A stretch of 64,000 bases of DNA from Octopus vulgaris (Eukaryota). Where the stretch lies: the NCBI GenBank assembly GCA_951406725.2, contig OX597820.1, forward strand, positions 71,052,001 to 71,116,000, given 5' to 3'. The position numbers were made by a program, and so were the translations under genes. The notes below the pieces were generated by a model that worked only from the letters and a program-made list of their open reading frames with translations, was not told where the DNA came from and ran no database searches. Below are positions 1-10,893 of the stretch, piece after piece (within the stretch, counting starts at the first letter, position 1; each line of letters starts with the position of its first letter).

Positions 1-145
1 ACATCATTAATTTCTCTTTCTGCTGCCATTTCACTCAGTCTTTTTCTTGACAGGTAACAAAACTTGGCTGTAATTGTAATTTTTTCCAATACTCATTATC
101 AAAGTGGTAAAATGAAGAATTCACAATTAAGGTTTATACGTTTTA

Positions 146-540
146 TACTCTTTACTTGTTTCAGTTATTTGACTGCAGCCATGCTGGAGCACCAACTTTA
201 GTTGACTTATTCTTTGTGAAACTAGTACTTATTCTATCAGTCTCTTTTGCCGAACTGCTAAGTAACAGGGATGTAAACACACCAGCATCGGTTGTCAAGT
301 GATGTTGGGGGAACAAATACAGACACACAAACATATACACACACACGTACATATATATATATATATATACATATATACGACGGGTTTCTTTCAGTTTCCG
401 TCGACCATATCCACTCACAAGGCTTTGGTCGGCCCGAGGCTATAGTAGAAGACACTTGCCCAAGGTGCCACACCGTAGGATTGAACCCGGAACCATGTGG
501 TTTGTAAGCAAGCTACTTACCACACAGCCGCTGCTATGCC
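146..540 (-). mobile_element. tRNA-headed CORE-type SINE, family A (full length)
   Basis: Minus strand reads GGCTGTGTGGTAAG (A-box-like), GGTTCAATCC (B-box), CCTTGGGCAAGT (CORE motif), an internal (TA/TG)n tract, and the tail GCTCCAGCATGGC...AAACAAGTAAA. The same layout recurs more than 15 times in the window. Confidence 0.9.
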
Positions 541-1434
541 TATATGAAAATAAAGAATAAACAATTTAGCAATGATTGGACAACAAGTCATATCAAATTA
601 AAGACATAACAAGGCGATAGAAGTTGCCAAAAGTCATCAGTGAAAATCTGAAAAAAAACTTATAACTGAACTTGGTAGACTCTGTTAATTTCTTGATAGT
701 ACTGTATACTACATGGATGTATATAAACACCCACACATTCACACAATTGTCTTTTACACAAGTGCAATATCGACAGTCAATCAATTGTTTAATGTTGCCG
801 CATCAAAGACATTCAGCACTGGGTCATATCTATTGACTATTGGGGACAAAGAATGAGATTCCTAGCATTAGCTTTTTCATGGACTTACTTATTATTAGCA
901 AAGTAAAAAGCAGCTACAATAAGAAATTAAACAAGAGTTAAGGAAAAACCATGCACAGTAAGATACTTGCTATTTTGATGTATATAAAATAAACAGAAAA
1001 CAGAATCAAAAGAAAGAAATAAAAAAGACAGACAGCCATCGAGAATCAACTCCATTTAGCTTGATTTACACTCAAATATATTATTTGTATTCTCAGGCAG
1101 AGTTCGATTTTCTTTTTTTTTTTTCTCTTTTTTATTTTGCAATCACAATTATAAGTTTATTGTAACTTATTCTTAGTCCAACAGAGTATTGCACTAAGTT
1201 AAATACAGCCAGTTGATGTCATCTGCTACTGTAGAAGCTATAAAGTCAGGTTAGGCAAATATAAAGCACTTGATCGATTGTCAGCTGGCATGTAATGAAA
1301 AACCTTCAGCCAATTAAATAAAATCATGGTTGGTTCAGGTGTTTCCTATTTTATTTGTAGTGCTTCATTTTGCTCAGAATATGCAGTAATTATGCAACAT
1401 GTGTTTTTCTTATATTTTAATTTGAGGTAAATTA

Positions 1435-1553
1435 TATATGTGTGTATGTGTTTGTGTGTATTATATATATATATATACATCATGGTGTGTGTATATATAC
1501 ATGTGTGCATATATATATATGTATGAATGTAGGTAGGTATATACATACGTATG

Positions 1554-1595
<42 letters not shown>

Positions 1596-1872
1596 TATAT
1601 ACATATATACATACATATATATGTATGTATACATACATGTAAATATATATGTATGTGTGTATATGCATGTTTGTGTGTATGTATGTATATATGTATGTAT
1701 GTGTGCATGTGTGTATATATATTATACGTAATATATGTATGTATATATATGTATGTGTGTTTGTATGTATATATGTATGTGTGTGTATATATTATATTAT
1801 ATATATATGTAATATAAGTATATGTGTGTGTGTATATGAGCATATATATATGTGTGTGCGCATATATACACA
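1435..1872. repeat. Compound (TA)/(TG)/(TATG) microsatellite
   Basis: Alternating purine-pyrimidine low-complexity tract; source of the YI/VC-rich spurious ORFs. Confidence 0.95.
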
Positions 1873-1878
1873 CATACC

Positions 1879-2109
1879 ATTGGTCAAACAAGACACCACT
1901 TGGCTGACTGGGTTGCAGAGCACCTCCAATAGATCAGACTCAGCAATGACACTCCAGATTCGCACCACTTCCGTTCTACCAGTCCTTCATGACAACATCT
2001 GCCTGTGTTTGCACTGTCTCAGCACAGGGGCCACCTGGACTCCTGCCTTCACTGTGAACAGGAATTAATCACCTCTCTTCATTCCTTTCCACCATATGCG
2101 CTCAACTCA
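1879..2109 (+). pseudogene. Penelope-like element GIY-YIG endonuclease C-terminal remnant
   Basis: One frame reads IGQTRHHLADWVAEHLQ*IRLSNDTPDSHHF...CEQELITSLHSFPPYALNS. This matches the PLE pattern (Y)IGxT..LxxRxxEH...PVxxHF...EQxxIxxLxxxxPxGLN, with two in-frame stops. Confidence 0.8.
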
Positions 2110-2763
2110 CAACTGATCTTCATCTGACACCAAACCCACACTGATTCCCACACATCTCCCACATTCAACTGCCCCCCCATCTACCAACACACCTGCATAC
2201 CACCTACCTTCATAGCCTCACCACACACACTAGCACCAGCCACTTTTCAGCACCCATACCACACATCATTATCCACACAATCTTCAATAGCATCACAAAA
2301 ACATATCACCATACGAGCTGCCACATACACACTGTTTAACTCAGTATACATACCACTTACCATCATGCACATAGTCACAGCCACACAAGCACATAATACC
2401 TGAACACAGACAATATATACACATACATGCAACACGCATAGACAAAGACAACTTTTGACCACAAACATACACTATACACATGCACACTATTTGGTCAGAC
2501 ACACACCACCTGAACAAGCATACATCAACTGCTACAGACAACACAAGTTAACCTTGCTCACCTCCACTCACACATACATACATACATATGCTTGCACACC
2601 TTAGTTTGTTGGGGGTCACCATTACCGCTATTATTATCATTATCTCCCTTTCATTCAGCCTCTCTTTTCCAGTCATCTCGCCATGTTGGACCACTGAACT
2701 CAGCACGTTTCTTTCTCTCTCCGTTTTCTTCATTCTCTCTTCATTTTTTTTTTACTCTTAATC

Positions 2764-2800
2764 CTTTCTGTCGAAAAAGCGTAGGCTCAAAATGTAAAAG
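2764..2800 (+). ncRNA. Decayed minimal hammerhead-ribozyme-like motif at the 3' end of the Penelope-like remnant
   Basis: CTTT-CTGTCGA-AAA-AGC GTAG GCT-C-AAAA-TGTA-AAAG. Stem I and stem II are visible; the GAAA and ACGT positions show CpG-decay-type changes. Confidence 0.5.
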
Positions 2801-2898
2801 AGTTCCCATTTTTCCCGAGTGTTAAACTAATGTACCTGCTTGTTGTTCCAACACCTGTCTTCGTCTTTTGTTTTCAATAAATTTGAACTATATATATA

Positions 2899-3190
2899 GT
2901 GAAAGTGCATGGCTCAGTGGTTACAGCATCGAGCTTATGATTGTGAGGTTGCGAGTTTGATTCCCGGACTGGGCTGTGTGTTGTGTTCTTGAGCAAGACA
3001 ATGTATTTCACGTTGCTCCAGTTAACTCAGCTGTAAAAATGAGTTGCAACATCACTAGTGCCAAGCTGTATCAGCCTTTGCCTTTCCCTTGGATAACATC
3101 AGTGATGTGGAGAGGGGAGGCTGGTATGCATGGGCAACTGCTGGCCTTCAACAAACAACCTTGCCCAGACTTGTATCTCGTAGGGTAACT
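2899..3190 (+). mobile_element. tRNA-headed CORE-type SINE, family D
   Basis: TGGCTCAGTGG A-box, GAGTTTGATTCC B-box and GTGTTCTTGAGCAAGAC CORE-like segment. Related copies lie on the minus strand at about 25270-25455 and 43570-43755. Confidence 0.75.
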
Positions 3191-3337
3191 GATTAAATAA
3201 ATTCTATTTATTTATTTATGAGGATAGCTCTGCATTTAAATTGATGTAATGATTGCATTGTTCAATTAAATGGAGTTGCTTGAAACGATCGTACTGCATT
3301 ACCTCTGGATATTTTGTTGCTTATTTTGATTTTATAA

Positions 3338-3376
<39 letters not shown>

Positions 3377-3488
3377 TTAAAGTAACAAGCTAAGGACAGG
3401 AATTCCTTCAAAGCATCTAATTCATTGATATGCTGTTTTCTTTTTAAATAATTTTTTGTTATTTTATATTCATAGAATATTATGTTAC

Positions 3489-3629
3489 ATTGGCGTTAGG
3501 AAGGGCATCCAGCCGTAGAAACACTGCCAGATCTGACGAAGCCTTCCAGCTTCACAGACCCCAGTTGACCCGTCCAACCCATGCTAGCATGGAAAGCGGA
3601 CGCTAAACGATGATGATGATGATGATGAT
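3489..3629 (+). mobile_element. Short 3' end of RTE-clade LINE with (GAT)n tail
   Basis: TGGCGTTAGGAAGGGCATCCAG...CCAACCCATGCTAGCATGGAAAGCGGACGCTAAAC(GAT)n; the same tail follows RTE coding sequence at 14035-14480. Confidence 0.8.
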
Positions 3630-3732
3630 TATGATATAAATAAATTATTGGATTGTCAATTGAATCTCTCTATTTAATATATATATATATACAGACACAC
3701 ACAAACACACACATATATATGCACTTATATAT

Positions 3733-4413
3733 CATAGGAGTGCAGTCCATGGAAGCAAGGTAAACAATGCTTCCCTTAAAGATTATAGAAACAAAATTGA
3801 AACTATATTACTTATTTTTCATAAGATCATTCTTCCAGTGTTCTGTAAAATTGATATAAACTACATGACACCATAGGCTTCAGACTTCTATTGTTGGAAT
3901 TAGCATGAGAAAAAAAGCAGTGGCAGTCAACACAAAAATCCGTGCAAGGGAAGTAACATGAACTGTTGCATCCGTTTTGGTGTAATATTTTAACATTTTT
4001 TTACAATAAAAATGCCACAAAGATAATTTTTTTTACTAGTAAGAGCTGATAACAAATAGTTTTAGATGCTAATAAATACATATACGCTCAGATTAAGTAT
4101 CTGTCATTTTGCAATACCTGGTATATATAATCTTACATTGTTATGTAACATTTACATAGGAAAAGGGAAGCAAGTTGACATTCTGCTTCCATCAGAAAAA
4201 TGGTGAAAAGATAACACGCACGTAGTTTTCTGCATTTATTCAATTAATATTTTATACTTTTTCAAATTACAGAACACCCTTAATATAAAATGTGATTTAA
4301 AAAAAATTTTTTAAATAGCTGTATAATATGAACATGCCAATTTGATTCAAATATCTGTGACAGAAAATTTTGGTCATTGCTTCCCCAGCCAGAGAGATCA
4401 CCGCACGCCCCTG
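3733..4413. mobile_element. Non-autonomous DNA transposon, hAT-like termini
   Basis: Imperfect TIRs CATAGGAGTGCAG and CCGCACGCCCCTG (reverse complement CAGGGGCGTGCGG); recurring GGAAGC/GCTTCC motifs; TA-rich flanks. Confidence 0.5.
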
Positions 4414-4499
4414 ATACATATATGCATATATATATATCATCATCTATATATCATCATTTAACATCCATTTTCCATGTGTATATATATATAAAAAAAAAA

Positions 4500-4700
4500 A
4501 TGTGACCGCGTGTGTACCATTCGCGATTTTTTTTCCTCTGTCTTCCCTTCTCTGGATCTTTCCTTCTCTTATGTTTCCGATGAAGAGCTCCACTCGAAAC
4601 GTTAAACCCTCCTTCTTTCCTGAGCGTCCAATAATACTATATTTGAATCATGTCCTCGTGTTGTGTTTTTTTTTGTGCTTTCATGTTTGGATTAACTTTA
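4500..4700 (+). mobile_element. Short Penelope-like terminal-repeat module carrying a hammerhead motif, between (TA)n tracts
   Basis: About 200 bp, CpG-containing and pyrimidine-rich, bounded by TA repeats; contains the 4573-4607 motif. Confidence 0.55.
4573..4607 (+). ncRNA. Minimal type I hammerhead ribozyme motif (U4C core variant)
   Basis: GTTT-CCGATGA-A-GAG CTCCA CTC-GAAA-CGT-T-AAAC. Stem I is GTTT/AAAC, stem II is GAG/CTC, stem III is the palindrome ACGT, and the cleavage triplet is GUU. Confidence 0.7.
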
Positions 4701-4723
4701 TATATATATATATACATACATAC

Positions 4724-5115
4724 AGGTGCAGACATAGCTGAGTGGTAAGAAGTTTGCTTCCCAGCTACATATTGTTCTGGGTTCAGTCCAAAGGCGTGGC
4801 ACCTTGGGCAAGTGTCTTCTGCTATAGCCTCTGGGTGACCAAAGCCTTGTGGGTGGATTTGGTAGATGGAAATTGAAAGACATTTGTACATATGTGTATA
4901 TATTTGTGTGTGTGTGTGTTTCTGTATTTGTCCCCACTGCCATCGCTTGACAACTGCTGTTGGTGTGTTTACGCACTCATAACTTAGTAGTTCAGCAAAA
5001 GACACTGATAGAATAAGTACTAAGCTTACAAAGTCCTGGGTTCAATTTCTTTAACTAAAACCCTTTAATATGGTGCTCCAGCATGGCCACAGTCAAATGA
5101 CTGAAACAAGTAAAA
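4724..5115 (+). mobile_element. CORE-type SINE family A
   Basis: Head, CCTTGGGCAAGT, microsatellite and tail as at 146-540. Confidence 0.9.
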
Positions 5116-5403
5116 TATATATATATGTGCAGAGTTTAGGTATGGTTATGTGGATAAGAAATTCACTTTTCAAACTTATGCCTTTGGATCCAATCTGACT
5201 ACATCATACTTCAAACAAGTGTCTTCTACTTTGCATTGGGCTGACCAATGCCTCGTGAGGAAATTTGGTAGACATAAATTGAAAGAAGCCTGTAATATCA
5301 TCGTCTTAGAGATTTAATGTCCACTTTTCCATGCATACATGCATTGGGTGGAACTTCTTGAGGCAGAATTTCTTTAGCCAAATGCCCTTCCTAATGCCAA
5401 ATA

Positions 5404-5435
<32 letters not shown>

Positions 5436-6122
5436 ACTAAGGTGGTAGCTCTGTACTTTCAAATCTCACTGGACTAAAAAAAAGTCCTTGCTTGGAAAGC
5501 AGTTAAATGTTAGTGACAGGAAAAGCAACTAGTTGTAAAAGTCCTGCCTCAATTATTTTCCAGTGTACATTCATGCCAGAATACAAAACAAATGAAACAC
5601 TGTGAATTTATTGTGAAACATTCTTTTCAATTGTTTAATTTTTGCTCTGACTGCCAAATGAACTAATGAGTATCAGAAACAAACTATTTATAGGTTTTGA
5701 GATGTATGAACAGTTTTTTTAAACTTACTTATTGTGTTTCTATTTTCTACAAAACATCTAAATCAGTTCATTATCTCATTAGAGAGATGCATGAATTGGT
5801 TCAGTAACCTCAATTTCAATGTTAAAATTGACATACTCTAGATTTATACATAGTTGGGCATTCTGCAGTGATTAAAGTGGCATAAGATAATGGAAAAATT
5901 CAAAGAAACTGGTGATGGATTGTGTTGGAAACAATTAGTCCATAGAAGAGTTTAGTGAAAAGTTTCATAATCCACAGTTACAGAGAGGAGTGAAGAATCT
6001 AATATTTTGTGTCTTTGGGCCATGCTGGGGCATTGCCTTGAAGAATTCTTTTTAGTTGAATAGATCAAACCGAATAGTTAATTTTTTAAGCCAGGTGCTT
6101 ATTCTCGTTTTTTCTCTTTCTC

Positions 6123-6334
6123 TTTTACTTGTTTCAGTCATTTGACTGCGGCCATGCTGGAGCACCGCCTTTAGTCGAGCAAATCGACCCCAGGACTTAT
6201 TCTTTGGAAGCCTAGTACTTATTCTATCAGTCTCTTTTGCTGAACCGCTAAGTTACGGGAATGTAAACACACCAGCATCGGTTGTCATGCGATGTAGGTG
6301 GGGGGGGGGGACAAACACAGACACACAAACATAT

Positions 6335-6350
<16 letters not shown>
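6123..6350 (-). mobile_element. CORE-type SINE family A, 3' half
   Basis: Tail CTTTTACTTGTTTCAGTCATTTGACTG...ACAGACACACAAAC running into (TA)n. Confidence 0.85.
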
Positions 6351-6412
<62 letters not shown>

Positions 6413-7720
6413 ATTTATAGAAATAACAAAGACAATATTATCCAATGTTTTTCTTTCTTTTCACAGAAACTGGAAACAAAGGATACAACTTGCATGACAT
6501 CTAAAACAATCATGCATTATCAAAACAAGGCAACACAAACACACACAAACATTCCTATATACAGATATATGACGGGTTTCTTACAGTTTCCATTTGCCAA
6601 ATTTAATTGCAAGGTTTTGGTTTGCCAGAGGACATAGTAGAAGACACTTGCCTAAGGTGCCATGCAGTGGGACTGAACCCAGAACAAAATAGTAGGGAAG
6701 CAAGATTCTTAACGCCACAACCTGCCAAATTCTATTCACAAGGTTTTGGTAAACCTGAGCCTACAATAGAAAACACTGCATTGTGTAATCGAACTGGAAA
6801 CCACTGGCTACAAAGCCAATGCCTTAACCACACATCCATGCTTGTGCCTCTGTATCCATAATATAATTGCTAATAGTGAGGTTTGAACTCATGATAATGT
6901 GGTGGTCAATAGCTATAAGTTTATGATGCCAGACTAACTGAAGAAAACGGTTTTAATTAGAACTGACAATAATCCTTAGTAATTATATTGTTCAATATTT
7001 CAAGTATTCATACTTAAGAAACATTATTAGCGTGCTTCATTATTGCCGCTCCTTCAGCCGGTTTATAATATCTATTAAGGGCTGCACTCTCCCGCGGTAA
7101 AGTTAGTTTTCTTATTAACACGGTCAAACTACTCCAAGCATCCACCCTGAAAATAATCTCTTAAACCTTCACTTTAAATCACCGATAGTACAATTGAATT
7201 GTCAGCTAATGGAATGAGTCAATATAATGAGATAAAACCTTACCCATAAGTGAGTAGGTCTTTTAGAGTAGCCAACAGAAAGGCCAGGAGACTATTGATT
7301 ACAGAGAAAAGCACTCAAATTCAACCTGTCAGCAATCATTAAAAAGAAAATTCCTTTTCCTTTCTCATACAGTTTGATACGTTAATAGTTTTAGGTATAC
7401 ATACATATACATCTGAATGTGTGTATGTGTGTGTGTGTGTGTGTATCAACTCTGCATCAGTAAATGACATGGAATCCATCTATTTATAGTTTGCTTCTTA
7501 AGCACTTGAATTAAACATGTCTAGAAAATTGGAGCCTAGAGAAATATCAATAGCAAATTCACTTTGATATTGGCATTTTCAAATAACTTATTAGTGCATC
7601 TCGAAAAGGCACACATGTCAGCAGAGAAACCAACATAAATCCAAGCTTTTGTCACAAATAACTCAAGTTGAAAGAATAGAAATGAATAATAATGCATTTA
7701 ACTGAAGAAAATAAGAATAT

Positions 7721-7770
<50 letters not shown>

Positions 7771-7820
7771 CACACATACATACATACACACATATATCTA
7801 TGAATCTCTGTGTGTGCGTG

Positions 7821-7853
<33 letters not shown>

Positions 7854-8327
7854 ATATAACTAGCAAGAATCACAAGAGACATTGTCAGCAATTTTCTTTT
7901 CTTTTTGTACAAATGTTTTTGTCACAATCTATGTTAATTCGTTGTAAGTTTTACAACAAAAGGTAAGATTTTGAGTCAGAATCACAAATAAAAAATTTAT
8001 TTTGTTAATAATTAATCCATCAATTAGGAGAGAACATGGTTTTTATTTATTCATTTCCTTGCATTTATTTACATCTAGTTTACATTACATTAAAAATGTA
8101 TGAATAATTCTAGAGCTTCTAAAATGATTAAAAAAAAAAAATTTGTTTTAAAGTGATTAAAAAAGCGAAATAGAAAAAGAAGAAATCTTTAAAAAAATAT
8201 ATTTTAACATTATTTTATTATGTTATTTCAATTGTTAGGATATTATAGAGGAAGAATGAAATAAATGCAACAATATGTGTATTCTGATCAGCGGAATAGA
8301 ACTAAGGTACAGGTAATGAGATATTAA

Positions 8328-8549
8328 CCCTTTTGTTACCGTATTTCTGATGAAAAATGTTGCTTTTGTTTCAATTAATTTTGAAAATAATGAAAAATTT
8401 GATAAAATAACATATTTGTTGTCAAGCAAGCGTTTGGAACATAAATTAACTTGGAATTTTGATGAAAGGTTTTAATTCAGATCACTATAAATTAGGATGT
8501 TTGTATCATGGAATGAGAGGCAGTTTCATATAGGTTGGTATCAAAAGGG
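8328..8549. mobile_element. piggyBac-like MITE
   Basis: TTAA|CCCTTTTGTTACC ... GGTATCAAAAGGG|TTAA: 13-bp TIR with one mismatch, CCC/GGG termini, TTAA on both sides (8324-8327, 8550-8553). Confidence 0.8.
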
Positions 8550-8771
8550 TTAAGAAACCCACATTGCTGAAAATCTCAGTTCAAATCAAATAGTGTTAGC
8601 ATTCTGGAAACTACACCTTAAGTTCAATAATATGAATATGTTATGATAAGATTTAGTCAATAGAAACAAAGTGATAGTTCAACTGTCAAGAAATACCCCT
8701 CAAATCTCAAGATCATCTTTCATCTCAAATTTCTGCTGAAACTCACCTGAAATCTTAAATCAGGATTTGAG

Positions 8772-9090
8772 GGAAAAGAAGTGACATGTGGGATACTCCT
8801 AAAAAGAAAGCACGTTCACAGCTGGAATGTCTTTGATCCTAAGGTTGGCTTAATTAGGGTTAAACTGGAGAGTTAAACAACACTGACATCTGTCATGTAA
8901 TGTTCAAATGTATAGGATTCATATATAGCTTAGGAAAAGAAGTGGCATATGGGATACTCCTAAAAGGAAAGGATGTTCACAGCTGGAATATCATTGATCC
9001 TAGGTTGACTCAATTAGGGCTAAACTGGAGAGTTAAACAATACTGACATCTGTCATGTAATGTTCAAATGTGTAGAATTCAATGTAGCTT
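8772..9090. repeat. Tandem duplication, two copies of about 160 bp
   Basis: GGAAAAGAAGTG...GGGATACTCCTAAAA...TGACATCTGTCATGTAATGTTCAAATG occurs from about 8772 and again from about 8933. Confidence 0.9.
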
Positions 9091-10159
9091 TCACTTCCTA
9101 TTAAATCCAATTTGTTATCTTGTCTGTTTTTGTGGTAACTACAGCAAAGTCAGACAAAGTGAACTCGATCACTACAATTACTTGGAATTGGAATTCATGA
9201 AAAATAGTTGGCAATCGGACACAAAGTTTAGACCTAGAAGTATCAGATGTTGCAATTACTTTGGTTATGTAGGCGTGTTTCACAACTGTCTAGATCAGAT
9301 AAATGTTGTCCGAGATGATGTTGTGATAGTGCTTAGGTGCATCAATAATGTATCTTCATATGTGTGAGTTGTCGGACAATTAGTTTACAATGGTTGCACT
9401 GGTTGAAACAGACTAAAGCAATAAATTTAATCCTTCACAATGCTTGATAATCTGAATATTTTTAGCATCGCTGTGTAAATGATAAATAGAGGTGGTGTGT
9501 GTGAGTGTGTGTGAGTGTGTGTGTGTATGTGTGTGAGTGCATGTGTTGGGAGTGCAGTCGATAATAATGCAGAGACGTTTTGCTTTTGGTGTTTGTGGTT
9601 ATTTTTTTTATTATTTTGGATTGTTTGTAGTTGGGGACCAAGCATGAAGTGGTATATTACAGGAAAGATTTGATATATTGCTTGTAGATCAATATTTTCT
9701 TTTAAAATTTTATATCAGAATTGCTGAACAATATCATCATTGGTTGCAAATTTCCAATGGGCCAATTATTGCTTCATTGTAGTTCTCTGGTGTCAAAAGA
9801 GATAAAAGAACGTCTGTAATCTGATGTGGAACAAATATTTCAAGGAACTTCATTCACGCATATACATACAAGTACTCATATATGTATATACATATAAAAT
9901 AGCTTTCTGCATAGTTTCCATCAACCAAATTTCCCTCACAGGGAATTGGTCAACAAAAGGCTATAGAAGAAGACACTTATTCAAAGTAGTGGGCCATGGT
10001 TGCAAGATGCACATCATGATCAAACAGCAATAACTATCATATTTGATTGTACAAAAGATGTAGGGACATATTAGAGGTGCCCTAATTTCAGCAGTGCACA
10101 TTCAGAAACAAAAGTTTAGAGTGCATTAAATCATGTAATATTAACTTATGTGAGGCCCA

Positions 10160-10893
10160 TCTATACATATAAATTTGACATGGGTGATTCTTTCGTGTCT
10201 TGGGATTCACGGTCAAATGGCTGGGTGGAATTGCACGAAAAATTACACAGATGTATAGAATGATCCGGTCGTGTTGCTGTGCTTTGTATATTTTTTATAG
10301 CTCCCATGGTTACCGAGATAATCTACTATAATAATACTCTTGTGTTTATGAACGAGAAAGGAAGGGGTGATAGATGAATAAAGAAGGAAGGGGTGATGTC
10401 ATATTTTTTCATAGCTCCCATGGTTACCGAGATAATCCACTATAATAATACTCTTGTGTTCATGAATGAAAAAGGAAGGGGTGATAGATGAATAAGGAAG
10501 GAAGGGGTGATGTCATACTTGGTAGTGTGATGAAAATTGTACGCTGAAAAAATAAATCAGACAGCATTTCAACTCTGTGTGAATATGTGTGTATGTAAAA
10601 GGGGGGGGAGGGGTATGTGAATGTGTGTGTTTGTGTGTGTGTGCACGCATGTGTGCAATGGAAGTGGGATGGTTCATCTTTGTTTGCTTAGTATTTGGGT
10701 TTACTTTTTGATTTGGTTGAATCTTGGTTGTTTTTTTTTGTTGGTCAGTTATTTTTAGTGTTTTGATAAAAAAAAGTCATTCTAAAATTGTTTTTTAATG
10801 TAAGCATGCCCAAACAAGTTTAATGCTTACACAGAGCAGGTTTTACAGCCACATCATCCAAACTGACCGGGCGAAACCGGGCTTCGCTGCTAG
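10160..10893 (+). mobile_element. Non-autonomous Helitron-type element
   Basis: Starts A|TCTATACATATAAA. Ends with hairpin CCGG GCGAAA CCGG followed by CTAG|T. Inserted between A and T with no TSD. Contains an internal tandem pair of about 115 bp (about 10288-10517). Confidence 0.85.

Noticed and set aside
161-507. Recurrent short ORFs with YDGLLSVS...EDTCPRCHAVGLNPEPCG
   Set aside because: Translations of family A SINE copies, found at every copy.
9068-9420. 99-aa ORF and a possible decayed retroelement coding remnant
   Set aside because: No recognisable motif in any frame that I can support.
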